DNA from: Chloroflexota bacterium
GTDB taxonomy: Bacteria > Chloroflexota > UBA11872 > VXOZ01
Assembly (NCBI GenBank): GCA_965221905.1
Contig: OZ244922.1
Location: 2,304,001-2,368,000 of the forward strand
Direction: 5' to 3'
Length of the DNA stretch: 64,000 nucleotides
The position numbers were made by a program, and so were the translations under genes. The notes beneath the pieces are model-generated. The model ran no database searches, had not been told where the DNA came from, and worked only from the letters and a program-made list of their open reading frames with translations. The first letter of the stretch is position 1. Each line of letters begins with the position of its first letter. Shown one piece after another: positions 41,846-51,810 of the stretch.

Positions 41846-42233
41846 CACCCAAGACAGTTTCTGAGCCTGTCGAAGGGCGCACAGCCGGGGAAGACGATCC
41901 CCCAAATGCACTTCCGTTCGCCCTGAGCCTGTCGAAGGGCACACAGCCGGGGAAGACGATCCCCGAAGTGCGCTTCCGTTCGCCCTGAGCCTGTCGAAGG
42001 GTGCACGGAAGTGGTGCTTCATAACACCGGCCGTTCATACTTCGACAAGCCTGTGCTGAGCCTGTCGAAGTGCTCAGCACGAACGGCCAAAGCTATTCCA
42101 CTACGAACGCCTACCCAAGTCTCCCAGACCGTCTCTCTCGGCGAGCTAGAGCCCTAAAAAACCGGTTGTTGTGATACACAACTCGTACCCCAGTCCCGAC
42201 TACGCTCCATTCGCTCGCAGGATTGCCCTAACC

Positions 42234-43037
42234 CTAAGGCTTGGGGTGGAAGTCACGCTGCGGCCGAATTTCGCGGGCGCGAAACTCATCGAGAAACGCC
42301 GCGGTCCGTTTCACTGCCGCCTTGTAGAGAACCTCGCCTTTCTCGGCGCTGGCCCCCATAGGATCGCCCTGGATGCCGGTTGACGTATTGCGGCTGAAGA
42401 ACTCCTGGTAGTGTATGCGCGTATTGGCCGGCCACGCGCCCCAGATGTGCTCGCTCTGTTGCACCTCTTCCACCGTACGCACTGCCTTGCTCATGTCCAC
42501 CAGATGAGGGCAGAGATACAGCATAAGGGAGGTCTCATCCTCGTCCGCGTGGTGGCTCACGCCATGCGACTCGCGGTCCCACGTCAGGTCTTCAGCCCGA
42601 ATGAGGGCCCAGTAGTTGGCCAGCACGCTGATCGCCGCACTCTCATTGTTAATGCGGCGCATGGCGAGGTCCATCACCGGTACATTGCTGCCGTGGCCGT
42701 TGAGCAGCACGATGTGCCGAAAGCCATGATGGGCCAGACTGAAGCCGATCTGCGCCACGTAATCGATGATCGTGTACATATTGATGGCGATAGTGCCCGG
42801 AAAGTCCATGTGGTGCTCATTGAACGAGTAAAATACCGGCGGCATCACGATGACATTGGGGGTCAAATGCTCGGCCACCTCATTGGCTATGCGCTGCGGG
42901 ATGATGTAATCGACCATCAGCGGCATGTGCGGCCCATGCTGCTCCATCGTGCCTACCGGCAACACGACGACCGGATCCTGCAGAGCGGCTTCACCTACCT
43001 CCGGCGACTTGAGCTCTTCATAGCGGAAGTTATTCAC
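42234..43037 (-). CDS. Creatininase family amidohydrolase
   Basis: LPVGTMEQHGPHMPLMVD, HHMDFPGT, LNGHGSN and HADEDETS. Confidence 0.9.
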   Translation of the reverse strand: MNNFRYEELKSPEVGEAALQDPVVVLPVGTMEQHGPHMPLMVDYIIPQRIANEVAEHLTPNVIVMPPVFYSFNEHHMDFPGTIAINMYTIIDYVAQIGFSLAHHGFRHIVLLNGHGSNVPVMDLAMRRINNESAAISVLANYWALIRAEDLTWDRESHGVSHHADEDETSLMLYLCPHLVDMSKAVRTVEEVQQSEHIWGAWPANTRIHYQEFFSRNTSTGIQGDPMGASAEKGEVLYKAAVKRTAAFLDEFRAREIRPQRDFHPKP

Positions 43038-43132
43038 AATAGCTCTCCCAATCTCTGATTTGACAACGTAACTCTGCAATTGCCTGCGGATTACCCGCAA
43101 ACTTCGGCTTTCTTGGCGTCTACCGTTGGTTC

Positions 43133-44203
43133 TCAGCCAACGGGTTCAACTGCAACCCATGATCGGCTGTTGGAGGATTCCACCACCGCGTGCAGTACCT
43201 CTTGTGTCTTCAAACCCTCGGTGAAGGTTGGCTTGATCTCGCGATCTTCCCGAACAGACCGCACGAAAGTCTCCATCTGACGCGTTCCGCCGGCCAGCAG
43301 TTGGCCGCCGTGACCCTTATCCACCGTAGGGGGTTCGCCCGGAATCGGCTCATTTTCGCCATTGGGCCGATAGAGCCGCCCCTGCCCGTTCTCGTAGAGA
43401 ATTCCGCCCTTGCGTCCGTTAATCATAAAGTGGCGTCGTCCCACCGGAAAATCAGCATGAACCGAACCAAGTCTGCTCTGGCTGAGCGTCCCGTGTGCGC
43501 CGCCGGCAAACTGAATGAGCACAATAGAATCGTCGTCAAGGTCGTGCGCATGGGGCGTGCCATCTTCAGCGTAGACCTGCGGAGTGAATGTCTTCATATT
43601 GGCGCACACGTCGGTTATGTCACCCACGAGAAAGTGCGCGAGGTCGATGTGATGTGAACCCAGATCCCCCAAGATACCGGTGCCGGTGCGCTTCGCATCG
43701 GTGCGCCATGTGAAGCTGGGTTGGGGCGAGCGAACAAGCGCCGGATTGAGGCTCTGCGAATGAACATGCACAATCTCACCTATCACGTCATCCTCGATGA
43801 GCTTGCGAATGTTGTTTGCCGCCGTATTCCAGCGATTCGAAAACCCCACCACGGTGCGGAGGTTTGCCTCTCTCGCGGCCTCGTACATCTCCCGAGCCTC
43901 TTCGACGGTAACTGCCAAAGGCTTTTCGCAAAAGATGTGCTTGCCAGCACGTACCGAACGCATCACTAGGTCATAGTGAAACACATCCGGCGTATCCACA
44001 ATCACGCCGTCAATCTCTCCAAGCGCAAGCAACTCTTCCGGGTCCGTAAAGACGTTTCCGATGCCGAATTTCTCGGCAAACTCTCGTGCACCGTCATGAC
44101 GAGGCCCACAAACTGCGACGACCTCAACACCCTCGATATGGGCCAATCCTTCCGCATGCACGTCCGCAATCATGCCGTATCCAAAAATTCCAAGTCTAAG
44201 CAT
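43133..44203 (-). CDS. Gfo/Idh/MocA family oxidoreductase
   Basis: GIFGYGMIA, KHIFCEKPLA and GILGDLGSHHID. Confidence 0.92.
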   Translation of the reverse strand: MLRLGIFGYGMIADVHAEGLAHIEGVEVVAVCGPRHDGAREFAEKFGIGNVFTDPEELLALGEIDGVIVDTPDVFHYDLVMRSVRAGKHIFCEKPLAVTVEEAREMYEAAREANLRTVVGFSNRWNTAANNIRKLIEDDVIGEIVHVHSQSLNPALVRSPQPSFTWRTDAKRTGTGILGDLGSHHIDLAHFLVGDITDVCANMKTFTPQVYAEDGTPHAHDLDDDSIVLIQFAGGAHGTLSQSRLGSVHADFPVGRRHFMINGRKGGILYENGQGRLYRPNGENEPIPGEPPTVDKGHGGQLLAGGTRQMETFVRSVREDREIKPTFTEGLKTQEVLHAVVESSNSRSWVAVEPVG

Positions 44204-44651
44204 ATTGGGCCTTTCTGGTAGCTCAGTTTACAAATCAATCGTGGCGCACAATACCGCGTGCCGGGACCAAGACAGAGGGGACTCCGCACACAATTCCCCG
44301 GCAATTAAACAGTTCTTCTGAAACTGCTGCTGCCTCCTTAGCCTAGGGCCTATGGAGTATTGCCTCTGTAGCGCAGCCTAAGGCTTGATGTACACACATT
44401 TCGCGTCTTGCGCGCACTTCACGTTCCCGTCCTAGTGAAACAGACCGCATGAAAAGACGCAACGTACCCGCTAGCGCCAGGAATCGCCCCTGATATATGC
44501 GTGTGACCACGTTTCCCACTAAAACTCGTTCGCTGCGGTTAGCCTCGCAAGCGTAGCGTGCCATACCGCCTACCGAATTGAAGCGAGTTGAGGCGAGCCC
44601 AAGTAATCCAAGAGAGTGATCCAAGTGCGCCGAGATTTGGTCCAAGAGTTC

Positions 44652-45371
44652 TCAATAAACCGGTGCAATTGAAATTCCCGCCTGTTTTAGGGCATGCCCC
44701 ATGCGCTCCATTGTATCTGCCACCGTATAGCCGCGGGCAAAAATAGAAGACCCGGCGACCAGCACGTCGGCCCCGGCTAGGGCTGAAGCAACTGCCGTTT
44801 CTGTATTAATGCCGCCGTCGACTTGAAGCCGAACATCCAGCCCCTCTTCGTCGATTGCCCGCCGGAGAACACGGACTTTGTCCAGCATGTCCGGCATGAA
44901 TGATTGCCCTCCCCAACCGGGCTCCACTGTCATAACCAGGACAAGATCAAGATCGGGCAGAAACGGGAGGAGCGTCTCTACCGGTGTGCCGGGCTTGATT
45001 GCGAGCCCAACACGTTTACTAGCGCTACGGAACGCTTGGAGGGCGGTACCAACGTCCGTGCAGGCTTCCACGTGCAGGGTAAACAGATCGCCCTCGCTAC
45101 TGAGAAAAAGGTCGAGGTGGCGTGTAGGCTCTGTAACCATGAGGTGGACATCGAAGAGCCGTGAAGAAGCATTCCGTACGCTCTGAATTACACCCGGGCC
45201 AAAGCTCAGATTTGGCACGAAGTGAGCGTCCATAACGTCGAAATGGAGATAGTGGGCGCCAGCGGCGTGTGCCGCCGACACGTTTTCCGCCAAATGACCG
45301 AAGTCTGCAGCGAGCACAGAAGGAGCGATCTGAACGCGGCGCTGGAGATGTGCAGATGGTGGGCTCGTCAT
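44652..45371 (-). CDS. rpe: Ribulose-phosphate 3-epimerase
   Basis: IAPSVLAADF, HFDVMDAHFVPNLSFG, DVHLMV, MTVEPGWGGQ and VDGGIN. Confidence 0.95.
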   Translation of the reverse strand: MTSPPSAHLQRRVQIAPSVLAADFGHLAENVSAAHAAGAHYLHFDVMDAHFVPNLSFGPGVIQSVRNASSRLFDVHLMVTEPTRHLDLFLSSEGDLFTLHVEACTDVGTALQAFRSASKRVGLAIKPGTPVETLLPFLPDLDLVLVMTVEPGWGGQSFMPDMLDKVRVLRRAIDEEGLDVRLQVDGGINTETAVASALAGADVLVAGSSIFARGYTVADTMERMGHALKQAGISIAPVY

Positions 45372-45464
45372 AGTCCGTGGAGTATCGAAGTAATGCGAGG
45401 CAAGTTTTGAGAGTCCGGATTCAGGCAGCGCGGGGCGGGCTACGGGAGCAATACAGGCAGCCGG

Positions 45465-46637
45465 CTAATTCAGCAATGTCAACGGGTCTCTAAATCGATT
45501 CTGATAGAGAGCCTCAAAGTGCAGATGCGGGCCGGTAGAATATCCCGTGTTGCCCATCTTCCCGATTACCTCGCCGGCCTTTACAAAGTCACCAGCCGTA
45601 ACGGCGAAGGTGCTCAAGTGACTGTAGGTGGTGACCCACCCGTTGCCGTGATTGATCACGATGCGATTTCCATATCCAATTGGGCTCCAACCGGCGGCTA
45701 CTACCTGCCCCGCATCGGCAGCGAAAATCGCGGTCCCCGTACGATTACCAATGTCCAATCCCGGATGCCCCGGATAATAGAAATACTGCGTAATTGCTCC
45801 GTTCGTCGGCCAGCGAAATTCCCCAAACGCTGCAACAGGCTGCTCCCGCTGTGACAGTTGTGTTTCCGCGCTCGACTTTCGCAGCGCCTCCGGCAGGACC
45901 CCATGCGGGATGATCAACTCCATACCGGGCGCAAGTGTCGTTGAGAGACCGATACGGTTGTATTCCGCAATCGCTACAGGATTGCTCTGATAGTTCTCAG
46001 CAATTTCGTGCAGTACATCGTCCCTGACTACAACGTATATCACGCCGTCTATCGGTGGTATGCGCAGCTTGTCTCCAAGGTAAAGCAAATGGTCGGGAGC
46101 GATGTCGTTGGCCCATAGCAGTGTATCCAAAGAAACACCAAAATCAGCAGCGATATCGACTAGCGTATCGTTTCCTCGCACGTCATAGGCGAGAATATCG
46201 TCACGCGGGCGCCGGATTACTGTGGTTTCTAAGAGCGTTGGGCGATCAATCACATCGGGGAAAATAGCTTGGAAGGTACCAGCGCGGATAATCGGTCGGG
46301 AGCTAAAGTAGTCGAATTCGCCCGATTGCGTGCGGCCGGTTATCTGCTCTGCGGCAAAGGGAGCGGCCCAAAGGGCAATCAGGCCGAGCGCCAATATGAC
46401 CGCGTGGCCCGCTACCCGGTTGCCAAGAGACTTCATCCGCAGCAACAAGGCATCGCTGCGAAACGCTAAGACCGCAAGGCGCGGAATACGAAACACGCTA
46501 AAGGCGCAATAGAAGAACAGCCCAAGGAGCTGCAAGAAGAAAGAACCCTGCGGAGGCTTAACGGGACCTGCTAGTCCGACTTCGTTCTCTTGCGCGTGTT
46601 GGGCGACGCTCTCCTCACGAACCGCCTCAACCGCCAT
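45465..46637 (-). CDS. LysM + M23 peptidase domain protein
   Basis: Two LysM units (YDVRGNDTLVDIAADFGVS; YVVVRDDVLHEIAENY). M23 motifs HPGLD, YSHL and STGPHLHFE. Confidence 0.92.
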   Translation of the reverse strand: MAVEAVREESVAQHAQENEVGLAGPVKPPQGSFFLQLLGLFFYCAFSVFRIPRLAVLAFRSDALLLRMKSLGNRVAGHAVILALGLIALWAAPFAAEQITGRTQSGEFDYFSSRPIIRAGTFQAIFPDVIDRPTLLETTVIRRPRDDILAYDVRGNDTLVDIAADFGVSLDTLLWANDIAPDHLLYLGDKLRIPPIDGVIYVVVRDDVLHEIAENYQSNPVAIAEYNRIGLSTTLAPGMELIIPHGVLPEALRKSSAETQLSQREQPVAAFGEFRWPTNGAITQYFYYPGHPGLDIGNRTGTAIFAADAGQVVAAGWSPIGYGNRIVINHGNGWVTTYSHLSTFAVTAGDFVKAGEVIGKMGNTGYSTGPHLHFEALYQNRFRDPLTLLN

Positions 46638-47010
46638 TGCCTATTCCCCCTAGAGTTCTTCCGACCGGCGCTGCAACTTCCACGTGCATTTCTTGGGAGC
46701 ATTCTGCGCTGTCCGCAGCCATGCCAGTGTGTTTGCACGGTATCAGTTACTTTTCACCCTGTCAACAAGCGGAAATAGGTGCCAGGCAGATTGCTATCAC
46801 CCTAAGTCTTAGTAGCCGGCTTTAGCGCGCAAAGGCGGTTTTTCTAGGGGGCATTAGCACTCGTTTGGTGTAAAAGCGCTGCTGGGTCACACGCTCGAAC
46901 AGGGTTGGCGCAGTACCGTGAAATCCTTGCTCATCACTGGTGTGATAGGCATAATGCACAGGCAATACACGTAGATTACCGACTAACATTAGTGACAAGG
47001 AGGGACACCA

Positions 47011-47304
47011 ATGGTCGAGCACCTGGTGCTATTCAAGGTGAAAGCCGGCGTCAGCGAGGATGCAATTCAGGCAATGCAGAATGCTCTTAGAGGGCTCCAG
47101 GAGGCAATTCCCGGCATCTTGGAGATCACAGTCGGGGCCAACTTCAGTGAGCGGAGCCAGGGCTTCACCCACGGCTTGCTGGTACGATTCCAAGACCGCG
47201 CCGCTCTGGATGTCTACATTCCCCATCCCGCGCACGAAGAAGCACGGAATTCCTACATCCTGCCGATCGTCGAGGACGTGCTGGTCTTAGACTACGAGCA
47301 GTAG
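47011..47304 (+). CDS. Dabb family stress-responsive alpha/beta-barrel protein
   Basis: AAGGAGG RBS and MVEHLVLFK…IPGI…GFTHGLLVRF…Y..HPAH…LDY. Confidence 0.9.
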   Translation: MVEHLVLFKVKAGVSEDAIQAMQNALRGLQEAIPGILEITVGANFSERSQGFTHGLLVRFQDRAALDVYIPHPAHEEARNSYILPIVEDVLVLDYEQ

Positions 47305-47410
47305 AGATTGGCCTGCGCAGTTCTGGGTCTCCCCCTTGCCATGCAATTGGGCTCGTGCTCGGAAGCGACCCTTGAATGCAATTGCAGGGAGGGTTATACG
47401 CAAACAACTG

Positions 47411-48508
47411 TCAGCCCTCAGGAGAGCCAAGCACCGGCCAGGCGCCTAGCACTCTCACGAGCACGCATTCCTTATCGAGTTCTGCGAGCGCTGTGCGTAC
47501 CGGCTCCTGGGCCGGATGCCCAATGAGTGTCGCAAAGAAATAGTAGTCCCACGTACGCCGGCGCGACGGTCTGGAGAGAATGAAAGTCAGATTGACATTA
47601 TGTTTAGCAAATATGCCCAGGGCATTGTAAAGGGATCCGGGCCGGTCAGTGATGCTGAAGAGTAGAGCAGTGCGATCGTTGTCCGTCGGCGCAGGTAGCT
47701 GCTTGCCCAAAATGGCGAATCGCGTAACGTTGTCTACTCGGTCCTGAATACTGCGAGCGACTATGGGCACGCCTTCCGCCATTGCCGCGAGTTCGCTCGC
47801 AATGGCAGCAGCCCCGGGCTCATGCTTAACCCTGGCAACTGCTGCGGCAGTGCTCACCATCTCCACTGTGTCGACGCGGGGCAGCTCTTCAGCCAGCCAA
47901 CTCCGGCACTGCGCCAGCGCTTGAGGATGCGAGTATACGACGCGAAGAGAATCCGGGGGAGAACTCGAGATGAGATTGTGCGCAATCGGCAGCACAATCT
48001 CGCCGCAAATCTGAAGCGCGGTGTCCAGATATTGCACAAATGAATCGAGGGTCGGCGTAACGCCGCCTTCAGTAGAGTTTTCGAGGGGGACAACGCCGTA
48101 ATCGGCCACACCTTTCTCCACAAGCTGAAAGACGTGGTCTATAGTGGCCGCCGCCTGCAGATTTGCGGCACTACCAAATGATTGGAGTGCTGCTTGATGC
48201 GTAAAGGTGTTCTCCGGTCCTAGATACGCTACGGCCGTCGCTTTTTCCAGAGCGCGGCAAGCAGAGAGCACCTCTCGATATATGTTTGTGACCGCCGTTG
48301 CACTGAGAGGGCCGTCACTTGCGGCTGACGCTACCTGTCCAAGCACCTGGCGCTCGCGCTCCGGCACGTATATGGGGACGTTCTCTCCCTTTTCTTTCCC
48401 AACACGTATGGCGAGCGCTGCGCGGCGTTGGAGGCAATCGACTATTTCACGGTCGAGGGCGTCTATTTGCTGGCGTAATTCTGCCAGGATTCCATCCTGA
48501 TTACGCAT
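47411..48508 (-). CDS. pheA: Chorismate mutase/prephenate dehydratase
   Basis: AroQ domain (LRQQIDALDREI), AYLGPENTFT, PLENSTEG, SHPQALAQC, NVTRF and an ACT domain. Confidence 0.95.
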   Translation of the reverse strand: MRNQDGILAELRQQIDALDREIVDCLQRRAALAIRVGKEKGENVPIYVPERERQVLGQVASAASDGPLSATAVTNIYREVLSACRALEKATAVAYLGPENTFTHQAALQSFGSAANLQAAATIDHVFQLVEKGVADYGVVPLENSTEGGVTPTLDSFVQYLDTALQICGEIVLPIAHNLISSSPPDSLRVVYSHPQALAQCRSWLAEELPRVDTVEMVSTAAAVARVKHEPGAAAIASELAAMAEGVPIVARSIQDRVDNVTRFAILGKQLPAPTDNDRTALLFSITDRPGSLYNALGIFAKHNVNLTFILSRPSRRRTWDYYFFATLIGHPAQEPVRTALAELDKECVLVRVLGAWPVLGSPEG

Positions 48509-48693
48509 TAAGGCCGCTCATCCACTTCACAATTAATCGCCTCTCCATGAACCTTCAAGAATGCACGCCAAAGAGGAGTGTCGTCACAATCGCAGATCTC
48601 AATATTCCCAGCCACTTCGGGCAGTATTGTAGCAGTTTCCCAAGCGCCGTGCATCGGCAGTAATTGGAGAGACTCAGGCAGGTTAGGTTCCAC
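48508..48693 (-). CDS. Small hypothetical protein (61 aa), translationally coupled to pheA
   Basis: Its stop overlaps the pheA start (TAATG on the minus strand). No recognisable motif. Confidence 0.35.
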   Translation of the reverse strand: MEPNLPESLQLLPMHGAWETATILPEVAGNIEICDCDDTPLWRAFLKVHGEAINCEVDERP

Positions 48694-48901
48694 AAGTAGC
48701 CAGGCCGACGTTCATCCGCACCTTGACGCCCCAGCCGGATCTTCCTAGAATTAAGACGAGAGGAAGATTCATGCAGGTTGCAGAGCGACGGCAATAAGAG
48801 TTCGCACTGTGCATGATTTTCTCAAGGCAAGACGAGAGCACTCACAATGTTGCGTGCTTGGGACGGGTATGCGGCATTCATGAAGGAGTCAACATACCGC
48901 A

Positions 48902-49147
48902 ATGACGTACGTGATTGCAGAGCCATGTATTGACATCAAAGATAACTCGTGTGTGGATGTTTGTCCGGTAGATTGTATCCACTCCAACGATGATGCGGTA
49001 CAGTTCTTCATCGATCCGGATGAATGTATCGAATGCGGAGCGTGCGAGCCCGTGTGTCCGGTCACGGCGATCTTCTTCGAGGACGATCTGCCGGATGAGT
49101 GGCGGAACTACATCCAGACTAACGCTGACTTCTTTGCCAATCAGTAG
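48902..49147 (+). CDS. Ferredoxin (7Fe FdxA-like)
   Basis: AAGGAG RBS and MTYVIAEPC…SCVDVCPVDCI…IDPDECIECGACEPVCPV. Confidence 0.95.
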   Translation: MTYVIAEPCIDIKDNSCVDVCPVDCIHSNDDAVQFFIDPDECIECGACEPVCPVTAIFFEDDLPDEWRNYIQTNADFFANQ

Positions 49148-49208
49148 AGAATTCGCACGAACGTTTGTTCGCACGAACACTTGATCGACAACGGCTTAGG
49201 CGTCTCGG

Positions 49209-50453
49209 TTAGCTTCCCTTTGCACTCGCGAATGCCGCTGCAAACGAGTCAGTTCCGTCGTCGTTCTCTATCTCCATGCTTGATCCCCGTACGAATCGCG
49301 GGTCGTTGCCAAAATCAAATCCCCGTTGCAGGTCGTGCTCGTAACCTGCATACGTGCTGGCGGCCTGATGCCCATACTCCTTAGGCCAGCCAATGCGGAA
49401 GATTTGCCGGGGCCGGCACGATTCCCCATCCAAACGGTAGCGGGCGATCGCTTCTTCATCTAACTCCACTCCCAGGCCGGGACCCACAGGCACAGGCATA
49501 TAGCCGCGTTCAATCGCAAATGGCTCGGCGAGCAGGCCGTGCTCCCAGATGTGCATACACGATATCGCCGGCCACTGCGCATGCGAGAGAACCGCGCCAA
49601 GCTGGGCCGACCACGCTGTCGTCAGCCCCAATCCAACAAGCTGGAGCCAGAATGGCTTGCCGGCAACGGCCGCGATCGTGCCTGAATCCTTCACACTGGC
49701 CAGACCGCCACCCACCACAAAGCCGTCGCACACGTCTTCCTGCAGGGCAGTCATGATGGGTGGGGTACCGTAGTGCATGGCCAGCGGTCGTGGGACGTGC
49801 CTCCGAATTTGCTTGTTTCCAGCCACGTCGCCTTGCGGGATTGGAGTCTCGAAAATCGAGACGTTGACATAGGAGAGCAGTTCTTGCAGGAGCGGAATAG
49901 CAGTGCCCGCGTCCACGAGCATGCTATTGAAATCAATGTCCAGGTGCATGGATTTCGGAATTACGGCCTCGAGCGCTGCAAGTTGCGCGTGAATGTCACG
50001 CCAGGGACGCCCTTTGAGCTTCATGGATACATAGCCTCGATCAAGCGCCTTTCGCGCTTCCGCAGCCCACTCCTCTGGCGCCATGTCGAGACACCACCAG
50101 GAAATAGGGACACGCTTGCGGACCTGTTCCCCAATGAGCCGGTGAATTGGTACCCCGGCCATTTTTCCTGCCAGGTCCCACAGCGCCATCTCAGGCCCTG
50201 CCCCAAGTGTGGAGTCCCACAGGTGTTGATGCGGCTCTGTGCCAACTAGCCTTTCCTTGAGGTCTTCCGGCGGCCTACCCCAGGTATATTCCACCACGGT
50301 CTCGCCAATACCGGTCAGACCGGACTCCGTGTGAATGCGGCAGACCTCAACAAGCCGCCAATCACCGCTTAGGCGCGTCATGTGCAGATCGTGATGCTCA
50401 CTGAATGGCACCAGGAGTAGAATCTGTTCGACGTCAATAATCATTTCAGCCAT
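49209..50453 (-). CDS. Mandelate racemase/muconate lactonizing enzyme (enolase superfamily)
   Basis: GLTGIGE, EMALWDLAGKMAGVPIHRLIG, KLKG, DFN and VPVGPGLGVELDEE. Confidence 0.88.
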   Translation of the reverse strand: MAEMIIDVEQILLLVPFSEHHDLHMTRLSGDWRLVEVCRIHTESGLTGIGETVVEYTWGRPPEDLKERLVGTEPHQHLWDSTLGAGPEMALWDLAGKMAGVPIHRLIGEQVRKRVPISWWCLDMAPEEWAAEARKALDRGYVSMKLKGRPWRDIHAQLAALEAVIPKSMHLDIDFNSMLVDAGTAIPLLQELLSYVNVSIFETPIPQGDVAGNKQIRRHVPRPLAMHYGTPPIMTALQEDVCDGFVVGGGLASVKDSGTIAAVAGKPFWLQLVGLGLTTAWSAQLGAVLSHAQWPAISCMHIWEHGLLAEPFAIERGYMPVPVGPGLGVELDEEAIARYRLDGESCRPRQIFRIGWPKEYGHQAASTYAGYEHDLQRGFDFGNDPRFVRGSSMEIENDDGTDSFAAAFASAKGS

Positions 50454-50587
50454 GGCTTTCCTCCCGGGTTGCTTATAGAGATTTGCCTAGGACGATGTAC
50501 ATAAGGGCCGAAGAGAGATGCGCACGATTGCGTCCTCGCCAATGGCGCCTTGCCGGCCTGTGCTCGGCATAGTCTAAGATGCATGCA

Positions 50588-51106
50588 CTATGTGGTACTT
50601 GGAGTATCGGCGTCGGCATGCCGCTTGGGAAAGTCAAAGTCAATGAGGGTCCCACCCATCCTGCCCGCCTCTTGCCATGACGAAACAGCAAATTGAAGCT
50701 GAACGACACCGCAAGTGGGAACTTCCCCGACAAAGTCTTGGGATAGAAAGTTGCTCAAGTCTGTAAAGCCGGGGTTATGGCCGACCAACGCCACGTGATC
50801 ATGGGCATCATCTAGGTTCCTGACTATCAGCAGCAGTTCTTCCGACGTAGCATGGTAAATGCCTTCTTCGATCACCAACTCGGACTTCTCGTATCCAATC
50901 TCCTTTCCCATGCGTCTGGCCGTGCTGCGCGCGCGCTTGGCCGGGCTAGAGATCATCTTGTCGGGCATGAACTCAATCGCTGCCAGCCGCCGCCCCATGT
51001 CAATGGCATCGCTCTTGCCTCTCCGATTTAGAGGCCGAGCAGAATCCTCCATCCCGATTTCTTTCCAACTGGACTTCGCATGCCGAATCAGTGTGAGATG
51101 TTTCAT
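50588..51106 (-). CDS. SixA-like histidine phosphatase
   Basis: LIRHAKSSW…RPLNRRG…SSPAKRARST…VGHNPG. Confidence 0.9.
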   Translation of the reverse strand: MKHLTLIRHAKSSWKEIGMEDSARPLNRRGKSDAIDMGRRLAAIEFMPDKMISSPAKRARSTARRMGKEIGYEKSELVIEEGIYHATSEELLLIVRNLDDAHDHVALVGHNPGFTDLSNFLSQDFVGEVPTCGVVQLQFAVSSWQEAGRMGGTLIDFDFPKRHADADTPSTT

Positions 51107-51116
51107 TTGACACGCC

Positions 51117-51650
51117 CTAGAGCAAAAGGTCGAATATCTGTTTACTTTTGTCGTCCAACTCTCGAAAATCGGGAATATAGAAGCGATTCCCGTCAATATC
51201 AATAATGAGTATCTCATGCTCTGATGGCAAGAGCACGGAATCGAGTTCCCAGCGCATGACAAATTCGCGTATACCGTGATCCGTCTCTACAGTCCAAAAC
51301 GAGGTCCGCCACTCGTTGCGGTAAGCCTGTACGGAGCGAATGCGGTATACGCGATAGTAACTCTCCAAGGATGCATGGAGAATATTCCGCGACTCAGCGT
51401 CTAGCTCATCGGGATTATCGATGAGGCAAAACTCCATGTCCTTGGTGTCGAGAATTGAAACGAACTGCTTTAGGGATAGCGGAAACGCCCACACCGCCTT
51501 GCCCCGCAGGAGGCAGCGATCACCGGCTAGCTCCACCCGCATTTCTCCGCTCGGCCCACGCTGCAGCCGAATCATTGCGGGGTCGGTCGTCCCGGCGCCG
51601 ATATCGGCGATACGGACGGCCTCTTCAGTTTCTAACGCGATTTCTTCCAA
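51117..51650 (-). CDS. DUF1854-like protein
   Basis: AFPLS…SILD…WTVETDHG…DIDGNRFYIPD…LD..S. It lies directly downstream of the ABC exporter, a pairing typical of this family. Confidence 0.75.
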   Translation of the reverse strand: MEEIALETEEAVRIADIGAGTTDPAMIRLQRGPSGEMRVELAGDRCLLRGKAVWAFPLSLKQFVSILDTKDMEFCLIDNPDELDAESRNILHASLESYYRVYRIRSVQAYRNEWRTSFWTVETDHGIREFVMRWELDSVLLPSEHEILIIDIDGNRFYIPDFRELDDKSKQIFDLLL

Positions 51651-51810
51651 TCCAAGCCTCTATCGTTATCGCTCGATTATTGAAGTCCAAATTAGGGTTG
51701 CCACGGAAACTCAATTGCCAAATACGTGCTCATGCCGACGAGAATTGCCGAACGCTTCGGGCAAGCACACTTCCTTTGGATCAAGCTCTCTACCAATTTC
51801 CACTTGAGAC

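Noticed and set aside
44220-44650. Possible ncRNA or small ORF in the 430-bp gap
   Set aside because: No recognisable RNA motif, strong structure or credible coding signal.
46854-46880. CIRCE element (TTAGCACTC half-site)
   Set aside because: The second half GAGTGCTAA is missing, and no chaperone gene is adjacent.
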